Made by a program: the position numbers and the translations under genes | Assembly: GCF_009834535.1 (NCBI RefSeq) | Contig: NC_045696.1 | Coordinates: 74,216,001 to 74,280,000 of the forward strand | Direction: 5' to 3' | Origin: Camelus ferus | Taxonomy: Eukaryota | Length of the DNA stretch: 64,000 nt | The notes under the pieces: generated by a model | Told to the model about the DNA's origin: nothing | Seen by the model: only the letters and a program-made list of their open reading frames with translations | Databases searched by the model: none | In this document: one piece after another, positions 39,019-50,799 of the stretch | Layout of the letters: each line of letters starts with the position of its first letter | How positions within the stretch are numbered: position 1 is the first letter of the stretch

Positions 39019-39507
39019 TGTTTTCATTTACCAAAGTTAAGAATATGACTCTGATGCAAATATAGACTAAACATTGTCAAATATTTTATTCAATTTAGTA
39101 ACAAAAAGCAAACCAGCAAGATGGTAAGTCTGGGGCAAAAGAGAGAATTTGAAAATAGGGAGTTATACAGTCAATCACACAAAAGGATGATTAAAATGAT
39201 TGACTAATAGTTGTAAAGTGCCTGCAAGGCAATAAACTGTAACCATTGGTGTTATCTTTGCAACTGAACAGAAATCATTTGCATTCCTACCAGACACAAA
39301 TCTTAAATTAACATGTAACATGTATCTTCACTAAGTCTGGACAAAGTATATTCTCCTAAATATCCTAGAGTGAATCTGTTAAACAGTGTCCTCATAAGAT
39401 AGTGGGAAAAAAATATACGCTGCCCAATTTTTTGCCTTTTGAATAAAGCTTTTGCAAATGAAGCTTCAGGACAAATCCCACACTGCCCTCCCATCCACCT
39501 GTAACCA
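39019..39507 (-). mobile_element. Probable ERV1 LTR (MER67-like)
   Basis: TG terminus 'tgttttcatttaccaaagttaagaatatg'. Minus-strand AATAAA ~70 bp in from that end. Confidence 0.45.
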
Positions 39508-40957
39508 AATTGTTAAACCCAGGAAATTCTTCAAATACACAATCTGAAGCCATTATTGTTTAAATTAGATATGGAGTATTAGTGCATATTTAGTGTGTGG
39601 TCAATAAATAGGTGAGAGTAGTAATAGTTGCCACTATTTTTTAAATTATACATGAATAATTAATTAAAATTAATATAATTTAGGTCTATTTCTAGCATCT
39701 CTGCCCCACTCTCATGGTTGACTCTAGTTTTAGGACCTGGCCCCTCTTGGTCTGTACAGTTCATTCTAGTAGTCATGCGAAGCCCTGGGACAGCACATGG
39801 ATGAGTCCAGAAGTAACTTAGTAATTAGATTGATGATGAAAGAATCACTGTCTCATTCATTTGTCACTTTGCTGAGTCTTTAAGAAATACAGCTGTAAAA
39901 TCAGTATCAGATGATGGAGCTACAGCTAAGATTATACTGTGCATTTGTCCAGACACAGTTGCCTTCTCAATAGGCCAGCAAGGTGCTGTCATGATGCTCC
40001 ATCTTCTCACCACATTTGTATGGCACTGAATCTAGCTCCCTAATTCCTAGCAAAGTGTGAGTACAGACAAGATAGCATCTGGAACACATTCTTCTTTGCC
40101 TAATAAGGAAGAATGATTAACTGTGGATTGGAAAGATTCAAAGAACTTTTGAAAACTCCTGACCCATGTTTCTATATTTAATTTCAGAGGACTGACTCAA
40201 TGTGGACATGAGGAAATGTATTGAGTGATAAGAAACCACTCAACTCTCTGAATTGAATTAGAGAATGTTGGCCATTCTTCTCTAACAATTTGTCTCAGGG
40301 CATTTAAAGTCATCAGTACTTTGTTTCAGTCCTTTGTCTCTTACCAGTCCAACCCTCATAGGTGAGTAAACTTAATCATCATGTAAGGCTTTGTTGCTTG
40401 TGTGTGCAACCTTCTCTCCTGGATTTGAGCAGCCCCATTCCTAATCAAGTATATAATTCAGAAAACCCACGATTTCCAGTTGGGGAACTCAGCACCAGAT
40501 TTGCTTTGATGTTAGTTTCCCTCTGATACTTACCAGGATTTCCAGCACACAAAGCAATACCAGCAGTTAAACCTCAACTTTGGTGCCTGCTCAATTCCCA
40601 ACTTCCTTCCACAAGGATGAGAGAATCCTCCCTTGTGTCTCAGAAGTAGAGATGTCTCCCTCAACCGAGTCCTGTTGCTAGTTCCTTTACTATACAGATA
40701 GACTTCCTAGAATTCAACTATTTTCCTGGATTTGGAGTAATGTCTCCTGCTAGACAATTGTGGTCATTCCCCACCTGCCTATTCCTCCATGCTTCTTATT
40801 TTGACCAACCCTGAAGCATCTCTATGATGAGTGCCTGGTTCTGACCCTTCTTTTGTTCTCCTGCAAAAGCCCCATTTAGACATTGATGATTTCCATTGGG
40901 AGAAGGAGAGTAATACTGATTTACACAGTTTGTGGTATGTAGAGTCCCTAAATATGG

Positions 40958-40971
40958 GTTGCCTAGGTAAC
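40958..40971. promoter_or_regulatory. RFX X-box motif GTTGCCTAGGTAAC
   Basis: Matches the palindromic GTNRCC-N(0-3)-RGYAAC consensus in apparently non-repeat DNA. Function untested. Confidence 0.4.
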
Positions 40972-41089
40972 ATAAATTAATGATTCAAGCTAGATAAAGA
41001 GTTGAGGAACAAAATGCTGTTCAGTCATCATTTACTTAGAATCCATGGGGATGACATCTTGAATCATGCAGAGTGGTGGTCCTGACAGG

Positions 41090-41290
41090 TTCATATGCCA
41101 CACAGGATTGTTACCAATTCTTTTCTTTTTTTTTTTTTTTAAGAAACTCAGGAATTTCATTTTTATTACTTGCAATTAACAATTGTTTAAATGTTACCAG
41201 TTTATGCAAAATGTTTACAATGCTGTGCTGGCTAAAGTAAATATGTCAATCATCAGGATTTGGCCGGTAGGCCACCAGTGTGAGTCAGGC
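41090..41290. mobile_element. Degenerate hAT-type DNA transposon fragment
   Basis: Terminal-like 'ggatttggccggtaggccaccagt'. Confidence 0.35.
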
Positions 41291-43779
41291 CCTGGGTGGG
41301 CTCTAGAGCTAAAGACTGTGGGAGTGGAGGCAAGCTGTTCTTCCAACTGCCCACTTTATCATATCATTGGAAATATAGTCTAATATTCTCTTATATTTTC
41401 ACTTAAGATTTTTCTATCTTATTGCATACTCATAGTCATCAATATTTTTGTTCAGAGTAAATGCTTCTTAGTTTTTAATTATTAAATATTTTAACCTTTT
41501 AAAATTGCTCTATTAGCAATTTATGCAGTATTTTATGCAGTATTATATTAACCATCGCTATAGTTTAGCTCCCATATTTTTGACAAAAACTCATTATATA
41601 TGGGTGTATTGTGATAGGACCGTTACTGAATTCTTACTGGTTGAATTTGTCTCGGTTTGACTTCTTTAAAAAGTCCGATAATTTTGTACATTTATAAGAG
41701 TACAGGTTACACTAACCATTCTTGCAGAGAAGTTATAGTGTATACTTTTATTAATGCATATTAGGAAACATGAAAATTTTAAACTTTGGACCTGATAGTG
41801 TTCATTAAGGTCTAATATAAGCCCTGTAGTCTAATAATGTCTTTACACTTGGAGCCCTAGGGTAGTTCTCGATTTTCCCTCCAAACGACCCCTAAATGCC
41901 ATGAATCTGGGGGTTCAGCCCATAACTGCTCACCTTAAGCTTCAAATAACTTTGCCATTGCATGTTTTATCTATAAAAATAATATGAGTTTTGCTTTACA
42001 ATCCGTAAGACATCTATATATAGTCAGACAATCATGGATAAAATAGATTAACTCAGAATTTAGAAATAACAAAGCTAGGTGTGGGGTTGTTTTTCTGAAA
42101 AAAAAAAAAATAGATGTTCTCACTATCTGTCATACTGAAAAGGTATTAGATTATGAAGTGGGAAGCCAGATATTAAATAAAGAAAAATTCCCTTATGAGG
42201 CAGGGATCAGCTGCACCCAGAACTCAAAGCTATCCTTAGATTGGAAGATTGAGACATCTAATGTAATTTAGCACATTTCTCCTGAGAATCAGTGGCGACA
42301 GATGATTATACGGTTCCCTTGCCATTATAATATCCCTTAGTATGCAAAACTTTCTGAGGGAAGACAAACTGAATAAGGAGTTAAAAGATTTCCTGAAAAA
42401 CTAATGAGCCCTTTCTGGTTTTGAAGTTCAAAATTATTTTTAAAAGTAAAAAACTTTTGTTGCATTAGGATAGCAGTAATAAAGTTCTGCTGGTTGGAAA
42501 CCTACCAATCACCCTGTTATCCAAAGGTAGCTTACCATGGGGAAAAAGGAAGTTGGATTGGGCCCATATATTTGTTGAGTGAGGCTTGAAAGCTTGTTCA
42601 GATTCATCTACCAGGCATGGAGTCCTGTTGAGGGAAGTGGTGGCTGATCTTAGAAGCACAAACTAAGACAGCAGTAAGCTTGGGGGTCAAGCATGGGGCA
42701 CCATTGCACCCTGTGCCAGCAAGAGTGTCACTGTGCCTGGACAAACACCTGTGAGATTAGAGTTCCACAGCAGCATGTTGTGGCAGTGTCCAAACCAATG
42801 GTGCTAATAGGTTAATTGGGTTTTTACATTTGTTTGCTTGGCTTTTGGAGAACGGACTAATCCCTATAGACAGAATAGGCTCTAGAGTTGTTGACTGAAT
42901 TAGGAGGATGCAGAACATGAACAGTTGGTTTGAAAAACAAAGTGCACCTATTTGTAAAGCGTATCTGTATTTGTACTGTAAGTTGGTAAAGCAGATCAGG
43001 CCAGTTACTTGCAGAAGACCTGGATAAACTCCTGTCATGGGACATAAGCTGTCTGTGACCATATGCCAATCCAGAAGTGATACGGGACATGCCTGGGGAG
43101 AGATCAAAGGTTTCATTTACACAAGTTGTAAGGCCGTGGACTCAGAGAAGAGCCTGGGGATACTTGGAAGAATCAATACTAAAGGAGAGTGTAGCACCTC
43201 TCTCCTGAATCCAGGGCATGGGAGGGCATTCAGAGCAGACAGGACATCCATGGAGTGAGTGCTGGGCTGCAGAAGCTGGCTCAGACAAACAAAAAGCAGC
43301 TGAACTAAGCATCTATGCTGTCTGGGCAGCAGCAGCCACAACGAGGTAACCAGGTTATTAGATATTTAGCTTCCAGGGCCCTGTTTGTGTTGATCTCCAT
43401 TCTCAAGAGAGACCATCTGAGATCTGCATCAGCTAGTGGGAGATTAGAGCAGGCAGGACCCACCATCTGAACTCAAGTGAGCCCCTTAGGACCCTAAAAC
43501 ATATCAGGAGTTGCTAGGAAAGCCTGGACATCCTAACAGAGTGGGCAGGTAGTAACCTCAGGGTTGTCACACTCTGGGGTTCTGATGTAGGATGACATTG
43601 TTTCTACTCCACGCTGATGAATCTAGACATTCCAGCATAAATGCTTATTTAGTATAAAATATCTTCATCTAAAGAGTCTAGTAAAATTGACATTCCAGGA
43701 AGATGCTTCAAGGAACCACTGTCACTTTGCTGTGAAAACTCAGGACACAGCTTCAGAAGCATGCCCTAGGTAAAAAGTT

Positions 43780-43945
43780 AATATCATGGCTTTTAATTCC
43801 TTCTCTGCTCCCTAGCAGCTGCAGGTAACCTCATATCTAGAAACTTTGATTCTCATCTATAAAACGGGACAAGGTTGTTTTACCCTCATAAAGTTGCTGT
43901 GAATTGAGGCATGTAAAGTTCCTAGCATGGTGACTATCAATATCA
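43780..43945 (+). mobile_element. MIR
   Basis: 'tctcatctataaaacggga...accctcataaagttgctgtga...catgtaaagttcctagcatggtg'. Confidence 0.7.
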
Positions 43946-44017
43946 TAGCAGATAATTTTAGAACGTCAACTGCTATGGGTTATTTTATTATATAAAAAAA
44001 AATATTTATTTATTTAT

Positions 44018-45078
44018 TTGTATCAGATTTTGTTATTGAGGTATAGTTGATTTACAATATTAAGTTCATTTCAGGTAGCACAAGACTTATTGTACCAGAT
44101 TTTTTTATTGAGGTATAGTTGCTTTACAATATTAAGTTCATTTCAGGTGTACAACATAACAATTCAAAAATTTTATACATTATACTCCATTTAAAGTTAT
44201 TATAAAATATTAGCTATTTTCCCTGTGTGAAAATATTGGCTCTATTCCCTCTGCTGTACAATAAATTCTTACAGCTTTTTTATTTTATACATTGTAATTT
44301 GTGCCTTTTAATCCCTTTCCCCTATCATGCCCCTCCCCATCTTCCTTCTCCCCACTGGTAACCACAAGTTTGTTCTCTATATCAGTGTGTCTGCATCTGT
44401 TTTGTTGTATTTATTCACTAATTTTATTTTTTAAATTCCATATGTAAGTGAAAGCATACAGCATTTGTCTTTCTCTGACTTATTTCACTAAGCATAATAC
44501 CTTCCAGGTCCATCCATGTTGCTGCAAATGGCATTATTTTATTCTTTTTTATGACTGAGTAGTATTCCATTGTATAAATATACCACAGCTTCTTTATCCA
44601 GTCATCTGTCAAGGGACATTAAGGTTGTGTCCATGTCTTGGCTATTTAAATAGTGCTGCTATGAACATTGGGGTGCATGTATCTTTTTGAATTTGTGTTT
44701 TCATTTTTCTTCAGATATACACCCACGAGTGGAATTGCTAGATGATATGCTGGTTCTGTTTTTAGTTTTTTGAGGAACTTCCATACTGTTTTCCACAGTG
44801 GATGTACCAATTTGCATTCCCAGCAACAGTGTACAAGTGTTCTGGTTTTTTTCACATTCTCGCCATTTGTTATTTATGTCTTTTGGTTGATAGCCATTGT
44901 GACAAGGTGTGAGGTGATACTGTGGTTTTGAATTGCATTTCTCTGATGATTGGTGATGTTGAGCATCTTTTCGTATGCCTGTTTTGGCTATCTATATGCC
45001 TTCTTTGGAAACGTGTCTAATCAGTTCTTCTGCCCATTTTTAATTGGGTTGTTTATTTGTTTTGATATTTTGTTTTTT
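44018..45078 (-). mobile_element. 5'-truncated laurasiatherian/artiodactyl-type L1 with duplicated 3' terminus
   Basis: ORF2 C-terminal peptides at 44424-44612 ('[15 protein letters not shown]...[20 protein letters not shown]') and 44646-44855. Confidence 0.9.
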
Positions 45079-45964
45079 GAGCTATTTATTAACACTTATT
45101 AGTCATCTGTATCAAAAATTTGAATCATTTGAGAAGTCTTATACAATCAAAAAGTTATTTCCAGGAAACCTTTCTGCAAAATCAGTTTGTAGTAAAAGAT
45201 ATAACCTCTTGCTGAAATCAGTATGTGTCAGAGACAATTTGTAAAAATCATTGGCTACTGCTAATAGCAATCTTGGATGCTATAGGAGTCACTTATGTAA
45301 AGGCATTATAAATAAGTGATGAGAAGGAACAGAGAGGTCTTTCCAAAAGAAAAATAAAAGTGATCAGGTAGAAGTATTGAGAATTACAGTACAGTAAACT
45401 AGATACACTGGATGAAGACTTGCTTTGACTGCAAGTCCCACTCCATGAGCTGCAGAATGTATGAGAAATGCTGTGGTGAGAATCCTGGTCTCTACTACTC
45501 CATCTCTTTCAGGCCAGAACTTCTTTGACCCTCCTCCCTCCTTCACTGATCCTCTGAGCTGTTAGTAAGGCTTTTTGTTTTTTTTTGTTTTCTCCTTCAA
45601 AATGCTTCTCAAACCATCTATTGTCAGTACTTTTCAGCCTGGCCCTCCGGAGACCCCCTCCAGGGATCTGTTAGATCTGAAGCCAGTCCTACCATTAGAC
45701 TAGTGGGGTTTAAACAGGAATATGCCAAGTAGTTTAATGTTTCATCCTCAAGTGAACCTGTACAGATTCTAATTCCTGTGGAACTAGATAGACAAGCAGG
45801 AATCCAGGAACAGGCATGGAGCAAAGGAAATAATATAGGTCAGGACTTCCCTCAAGTCCTCCAGGGCATGGATTCTAAACTCCAACACCAGTCTCCAGTG
45901 ATTGGATCTCTACCACCTGATTCTGGCTTTATTAAACTTAAAAAAAAAAATAAGATAAATGTCA

Positions 45965-46195
45965 CACCATTATCTATTGAGCAGTAGCTTTATACCACAT
46001 GCTGCACAAAGCATTTTACATACATTTGTCTCATTTAATTCTCACAATAACTCTTTTGAGCCAATTATATTCTTATCCCCATTTTAAGTTGGAAAAAAAA
46101 ACTAATATTAAATAGATATTACTTCCCCGAAGTCTCACATGTAGAAAGAGACCAAGTCAGGATTTTAACCCAACTTTATCCAACTCCAAAACCCA
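45965..46195 (-). mobile_element. MIR
   Basis: 'ctcatttaattctcacaataact...tatccccattttaag'. Confidence 0.75.
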
Positions 46196-46548
46196 GTTCC
46201 ATGTGTTGAATCTTCCCCACTTAATTCCACTTTGAGTTTGTTCCCTCCTCATGTCCAGATCACTGCAAACAGCCTAGTGACCAAAGCCTTTGCTTCTGTC
46301 TTCTTCCCCACTTCCCCACTGTACTATCTGTCCTCAGAAATGCTTGTAGCATCTTCCTGGCCTCCTGTCTTGAGCAAAGATCAATACAGAAAGAATTAAA
46401 ATCAATATGGGGACTGGAGGCTAGCTTGTGCTTCATCCCCTTACATTCTTCAATATCAAACTTTGTTCAGGATCACCAAACAGAGTTGCTGTGATTCTCA
46501 GATGTGTTTTGTCTAGAATGGACAAGGGACAAATGACAGTTTTATGAA

Positions 46549-46623
46549 ATAATAAATCATTTCCCCCTATAAAATATGTTCTTTATAATAAATCATTTCC
46601 CCCTATAAAATATGTTCTTTATA
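46549..46623. repeat. Perfect 36-bp tandem duplication
   Basis: ataataaatcatttccccctataaaatatgttcttt x2, followed by ATA. Confidence 0.97.
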
Positions 46624-47109
46624 TTATCACTTTGATTCTTTCAGCAAATTCTTGTGAGATTAATTTGTACAATTTTACCAGCTAAAAGCATGCTGATGCC
46701 AAGTTTTCAGTGACGATGACACAACAGAAATTGAGATCTGCCATATAGAAGGTTCAGAACCAGCAATCAGTACTGCTTTTTAAGTTTATAAAAACCATGT
46801 ATCCTCAAACAGTGAACAAACTGCTCTGGCTTTTTTTCAATGGCTGATTAGGGGATAGAGTTATTTTTAGTAAATAGTCCCAAAGGGACTTTTGAAGGAG
46901 TAGGAATAACTAAAGAATAGGCACAGTGGTACTTACGACTTTTCCTTTCACTTAGAAAAATAAAAAAAAACTTAATTGTAATCAATTGAAAATTTTCAAA
47001 GTTACAGGAAAGAAAAAAAATCACCTACAATTCTATTCTCTAATACAACTACTATGAATATCTTTATGTGTGTATTTCATCATTGCATTATTTTTTCCTC
47101 ATTGAAATA

Positions 47110-47760
47110 ATTTTCATAAAGGGTATAAACAGGTAACTCATAGAAGAAGAAATATAAATGGGACAATAAGCATGCTTTACTGGTAATCAGGAAAATTTAA
47201 ATTTCAGTTGGATGTAGGCACTGCTATATTCCATTTGTTGGAATATATAATGGAAAAAGGGGTTTGGAGGGCAGTTTGCAGTATCTATTAAATTTGTATT
47301 TTGAGGTATTATACTTAAGAAATATTCATATAAGTGCAAAACTATATATGTGCAACAATGCTCATTGAATCATTGCAGAGTTTTAAAAAAACAGATAACC
47401 ATCTGAATTTGTGTCAGTAGAGGAGTAAATACATTGCAACATGTTCACACTTAGGAATTCAATAGATGGTTAAAAAAATGTGATGCAGTGTGAATAACAG
47501 CAGTGTTAGTTATGGAAAAAATTTCCAATATGTATCATTAAGTAATAAAAGCATGTTGTAGAGTAATAGATTTAATATAAATCTCATTATTTAAAAAATG
47601 AAACATGGAAATGTATAGAAGGTGAGAAGGAAAATGCCCCATGGTATTAACAATGATTACATCTGGAAACAAGAGTAAAATTAGAGTCATAAAGAAGTAT
47701 TATTACTTTTTTGACTTTTTAAAAAATTTTAATAAGATTATATGCATGTATTTGAATTTT
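47110..47760 (+). mobile_element. Very old L1 (L1ME-type) ORF2 end and 3'UTR
   Basis: 'aacaggtaactcatagaagaagaaatataaatgg', 'ttggagggcagtttgcagtatctattaaa', 'tattaacaatgattacatctgg'. Confidence 0.65.
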
Positions 47761-48554
47761 ATGATGCAATTATTATATTGTGGAATTTCTTAAATGTTGA
47801 AACAAAGAAATTACAGCATTTATACAATTGTGGATATCATAAGGTTCACTTAGCATTATACCCAAGCATTTTTCCTGCTTTTAATAACCAACACCTTAAT
47901 AATATGTAATACTCCATCCAGTGAATGTGCCACTTTCCATAGCAATTCTCCTCTTGTTGGACTTTTACATTGTTATCAACTGTACATAATGTTGCAATAT
48001 ATATCTCTTTTAGAGATAGGGGTTTTTTTCACTTTATTTTGATATGAATTTCTATCGGTTAGAACCCCAATATAGAATTACTTGGTAGAAGTTAAAAATC
48101 CTATTGAGTTGAAGAATCCTGTTGAAACAAAGAGCAAGACCCTATTGCTCTCAACCCTTGCTGCCAAGGAGTCTCCTCTTGCAAATAGCAGAGGCTCTGT
48201 TTTATTTGGTCAGTTTTTCCCTTTGTACCAATGATAAGTGGCTTTGATCTTAAATTATAGACCGTTAGTATTTCTACCATCTTGGATTTTATGGCTGGGC
48301 CCAACTTCAACGCAGTAAGGTGAAGCAAGGAGACAGAAAGATGGCTTTTTTTTATCATAACATGCAAAGACTTGTACATCAATAACTACTTGCCATTCCA
48401 GAGAGCGTTCTCCAGTGGGTGAAGACTGTGCTATAGGAACATCTTTTCCCAGAAGGCAATGAAGTTGCTCGGCAAGAGCAGCCTTTCGTGAAAGGAAAAC
48501 CTGATAAAGATTGAGTAGCCCCAGGAAAGCTGTGCTCTGTTTTGGAACAAGGTG

Positions 48555-48562
48555 TGACGTCA
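48555..48562. promoter_or_regulatory. Full palindromic CRE (TGACGTCA)
   Basis: Exact motif with retained CpG in apparently unique DNA. Function untested. Confidence 0.3.
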
Positions 48563-49249
48563 GTTATATGAACTTGATCTTGGTGAAAACCAACTGCATT
48601 CATATAGCCCAAGACAAACATTTTCACCTTTTTGTTGTTGTTACTTTCCCCTGAATAACTGATCCTTAAAATAATATAAGAATTCTTAACCTTTTTCCAT
48701 TATCCTATAATTAGGGAATAATTGAGGTTGGGCACCACATTGGGAGTCTTAGGAGGTAGAGTTTTTGTGATATGACAATTTAAATCAGTTAAAGACATTT
48801 ATATTGGAATGGCCCTATAACAGAAATGATTGATTGGTAAAGTGTTAAAGGGGACAGTTCTCTTGCTACTCCCCTAGTCTGAATAAAGCTCAGTGTTGAA
48901 CACCAGCCTGATGTTTTGTATCCCCAAAACCTGTGGCAGCAAGCACTGTTTGGCTGTAGCACCATTTGAGCTGGCTCTCCTCTCTGCCCTTCTCCCCTTT
49001 TCCAACTAGACAGTATTCTGTGCACAAGATCCACTTAGGAATTCCTCTCCTGCTCCCTCACCAAAATCCCTTCTCTTAGTTCTGGGCCCTAGCCACTCTC
49101 CAGAAACAATATCCTAGTTCTCCCTTGAACCCTCTGAAGAACACCCCAGGGAAGTTAAGAGTAAATGCTTTCATTAAGTCACTAGCAACTAATACTAACA
49201 GAACTAGAAAGGGTATAGACCCACAAATGTATCATAGTGAACAATTACA

Positions 49250-49922
49250 TGTTAAGTTATTTACAGAGTCCCTCGTCAAAAGGTAGAATCTATTTCTCCT
49301 CCCCTTGAAATTGAAAATGGCCTTCATGGCTGCTTAAACTGATGCAACAGAAGTGAAGCTGCCTGACATCCAGAGCTATGTCACAAAGAGCAAACTGCTT
49401 TCCCTGCCCTACCTTGATGCTTGCCCTTGGAACTCAGCTACCACGTTGTGAGGAGGCACATCATTTGGGAGAGATGATGCGTAGGTGTTCCAGCCTACAC
49501 ATTCGTCTCCCCTAAGGTCTCAGTCAGTAGCCAGCGTCAACTACCACATACGTGCCAGCCTTCGCAGTGGTTCTCAACCATGGACCATGTTGCCTCCCCA
49601 CTGGGAGGGAACATTTGACAATTTTTGGAGATATTTTTGGTTGTTACAACTCGAAAGGGAGTGCTACTAGCATCTAGCGGGTAGAGGACCAGAATACTTC
49701 TAGATATCCTACGGTTCACAGTTCCCCACAACAAAGTATGCCCAGCCCCAAGTAAAAGACGTGCTGAGGTTGAGAAACTCCACTTCAGATGACTCCAGTC
49801 TCCAGTCTTTTAGCCATGCCAGCTGATTCTAAGAGAAGCAGAGACAAGCGGTCCCTGCCAAACCCTGCTCAAATTGCTCTTTCATAAGGTGGTTTAATTT
49901 TCAGCAATAAACAATTGGAACA
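49250..49922 (+). mobile_element. MaLR LTR (MLT1H/G-like) interrupted by MER20
   Basis: 'ggtagaatctatttctcctccccttgaa...ggaactcagctaccacgttgtgagga' and 3' end 'cagcaataaacaattggaaca'. Confidence 0.75.
49565..49782 (+). mobile_element. MER20 hAT-Charlie MITE
   Basis: 'cagtggttctcaacc...ggagatatttttggttgttacaac...gctactagcatctagcgggtagagg...gctgaggttgagaaac'. Confidence 0.9.
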
Positions 49923-50799
49923 TCATCAAATAAGTGGAAGAACCAAATAATATCCTCAGGTGTTTGTAAGTCTGGAGCTCACTGCATCGTCCCATGCTGC
50001 CTCAAAGAAAGAGTAACAAAGAACAAATAACAAAGCAGCTTTGGCCAAAGTGTGGTGAAACCTGGGCACAGGTGAATGAAGGAAAAATGACTATTACCAA
50101 GAAGAGTGCAATAGAGCATTTCTCACTGGTTATTTGTCCTCCACCTTCCTAATCTCAAACTCAACACCATTCTTCTCTTCCCTGGAAAAGCTGGGGAGAG
50201 AGCCCTTGGTTTCCTCTTTACAAGTTCCTTGTGAATATGCTATTGAGGGTTTGTTTCCATCTGATGGCCCCAAATACTCCTCCAATAACTTCTAAGATCT
50301 GAGAGATCTGAAAGAGTCCCAACCTTCCCTAGTAAGCTGTGAATATATTGTTTTTTACAACTATATTCTCCCTAGAAAGAACTGATCAGTCAAGGATCAT
50401 TTTTCAAATCATATCACACCCCACTTAGTTCATAAAAATTCTTTAAATATTCAAGTGGTTTCCTAAGTACCTCACTACTTCAAAGTGGGACAGCATCCAG
50501 TAGTTCCATTTCCTGTATCTGTCCTAAGAAAATAAGCTGAAATTTAGGCAATTTTTTATGGACAAAGCTGTTTGCAGCAAGATTGTTTGTAAGAGTTATA
50601 AACTGGAGGAAAAAACTTTAAGGTTTGACAATAGTAACGTAATATAGTAACATCAATTTATAGTATGAATCTACAGTAGACTATCATGCAAGCATAAATG
50701 AACTGCTCTATTCTGTGCCCTGCTTATATATTTTTCCTGGTATACCTTCCTTCTATAGTTGGTCCCCTCCCACGCCTACAGTGATCACTCCTGTTTTTC

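Noticed and set aside
40526..40536. U1 snRNA-like start (atacttacc)
   Set aside because: Similarity stops after ~11 nt. It is better read as a minus-strand splice-donor motif.
46549..46623. 36-bp repeat as a CRISPR-like array
   Set aside because: Only two adjacent copies, no spacers, mammalian context.
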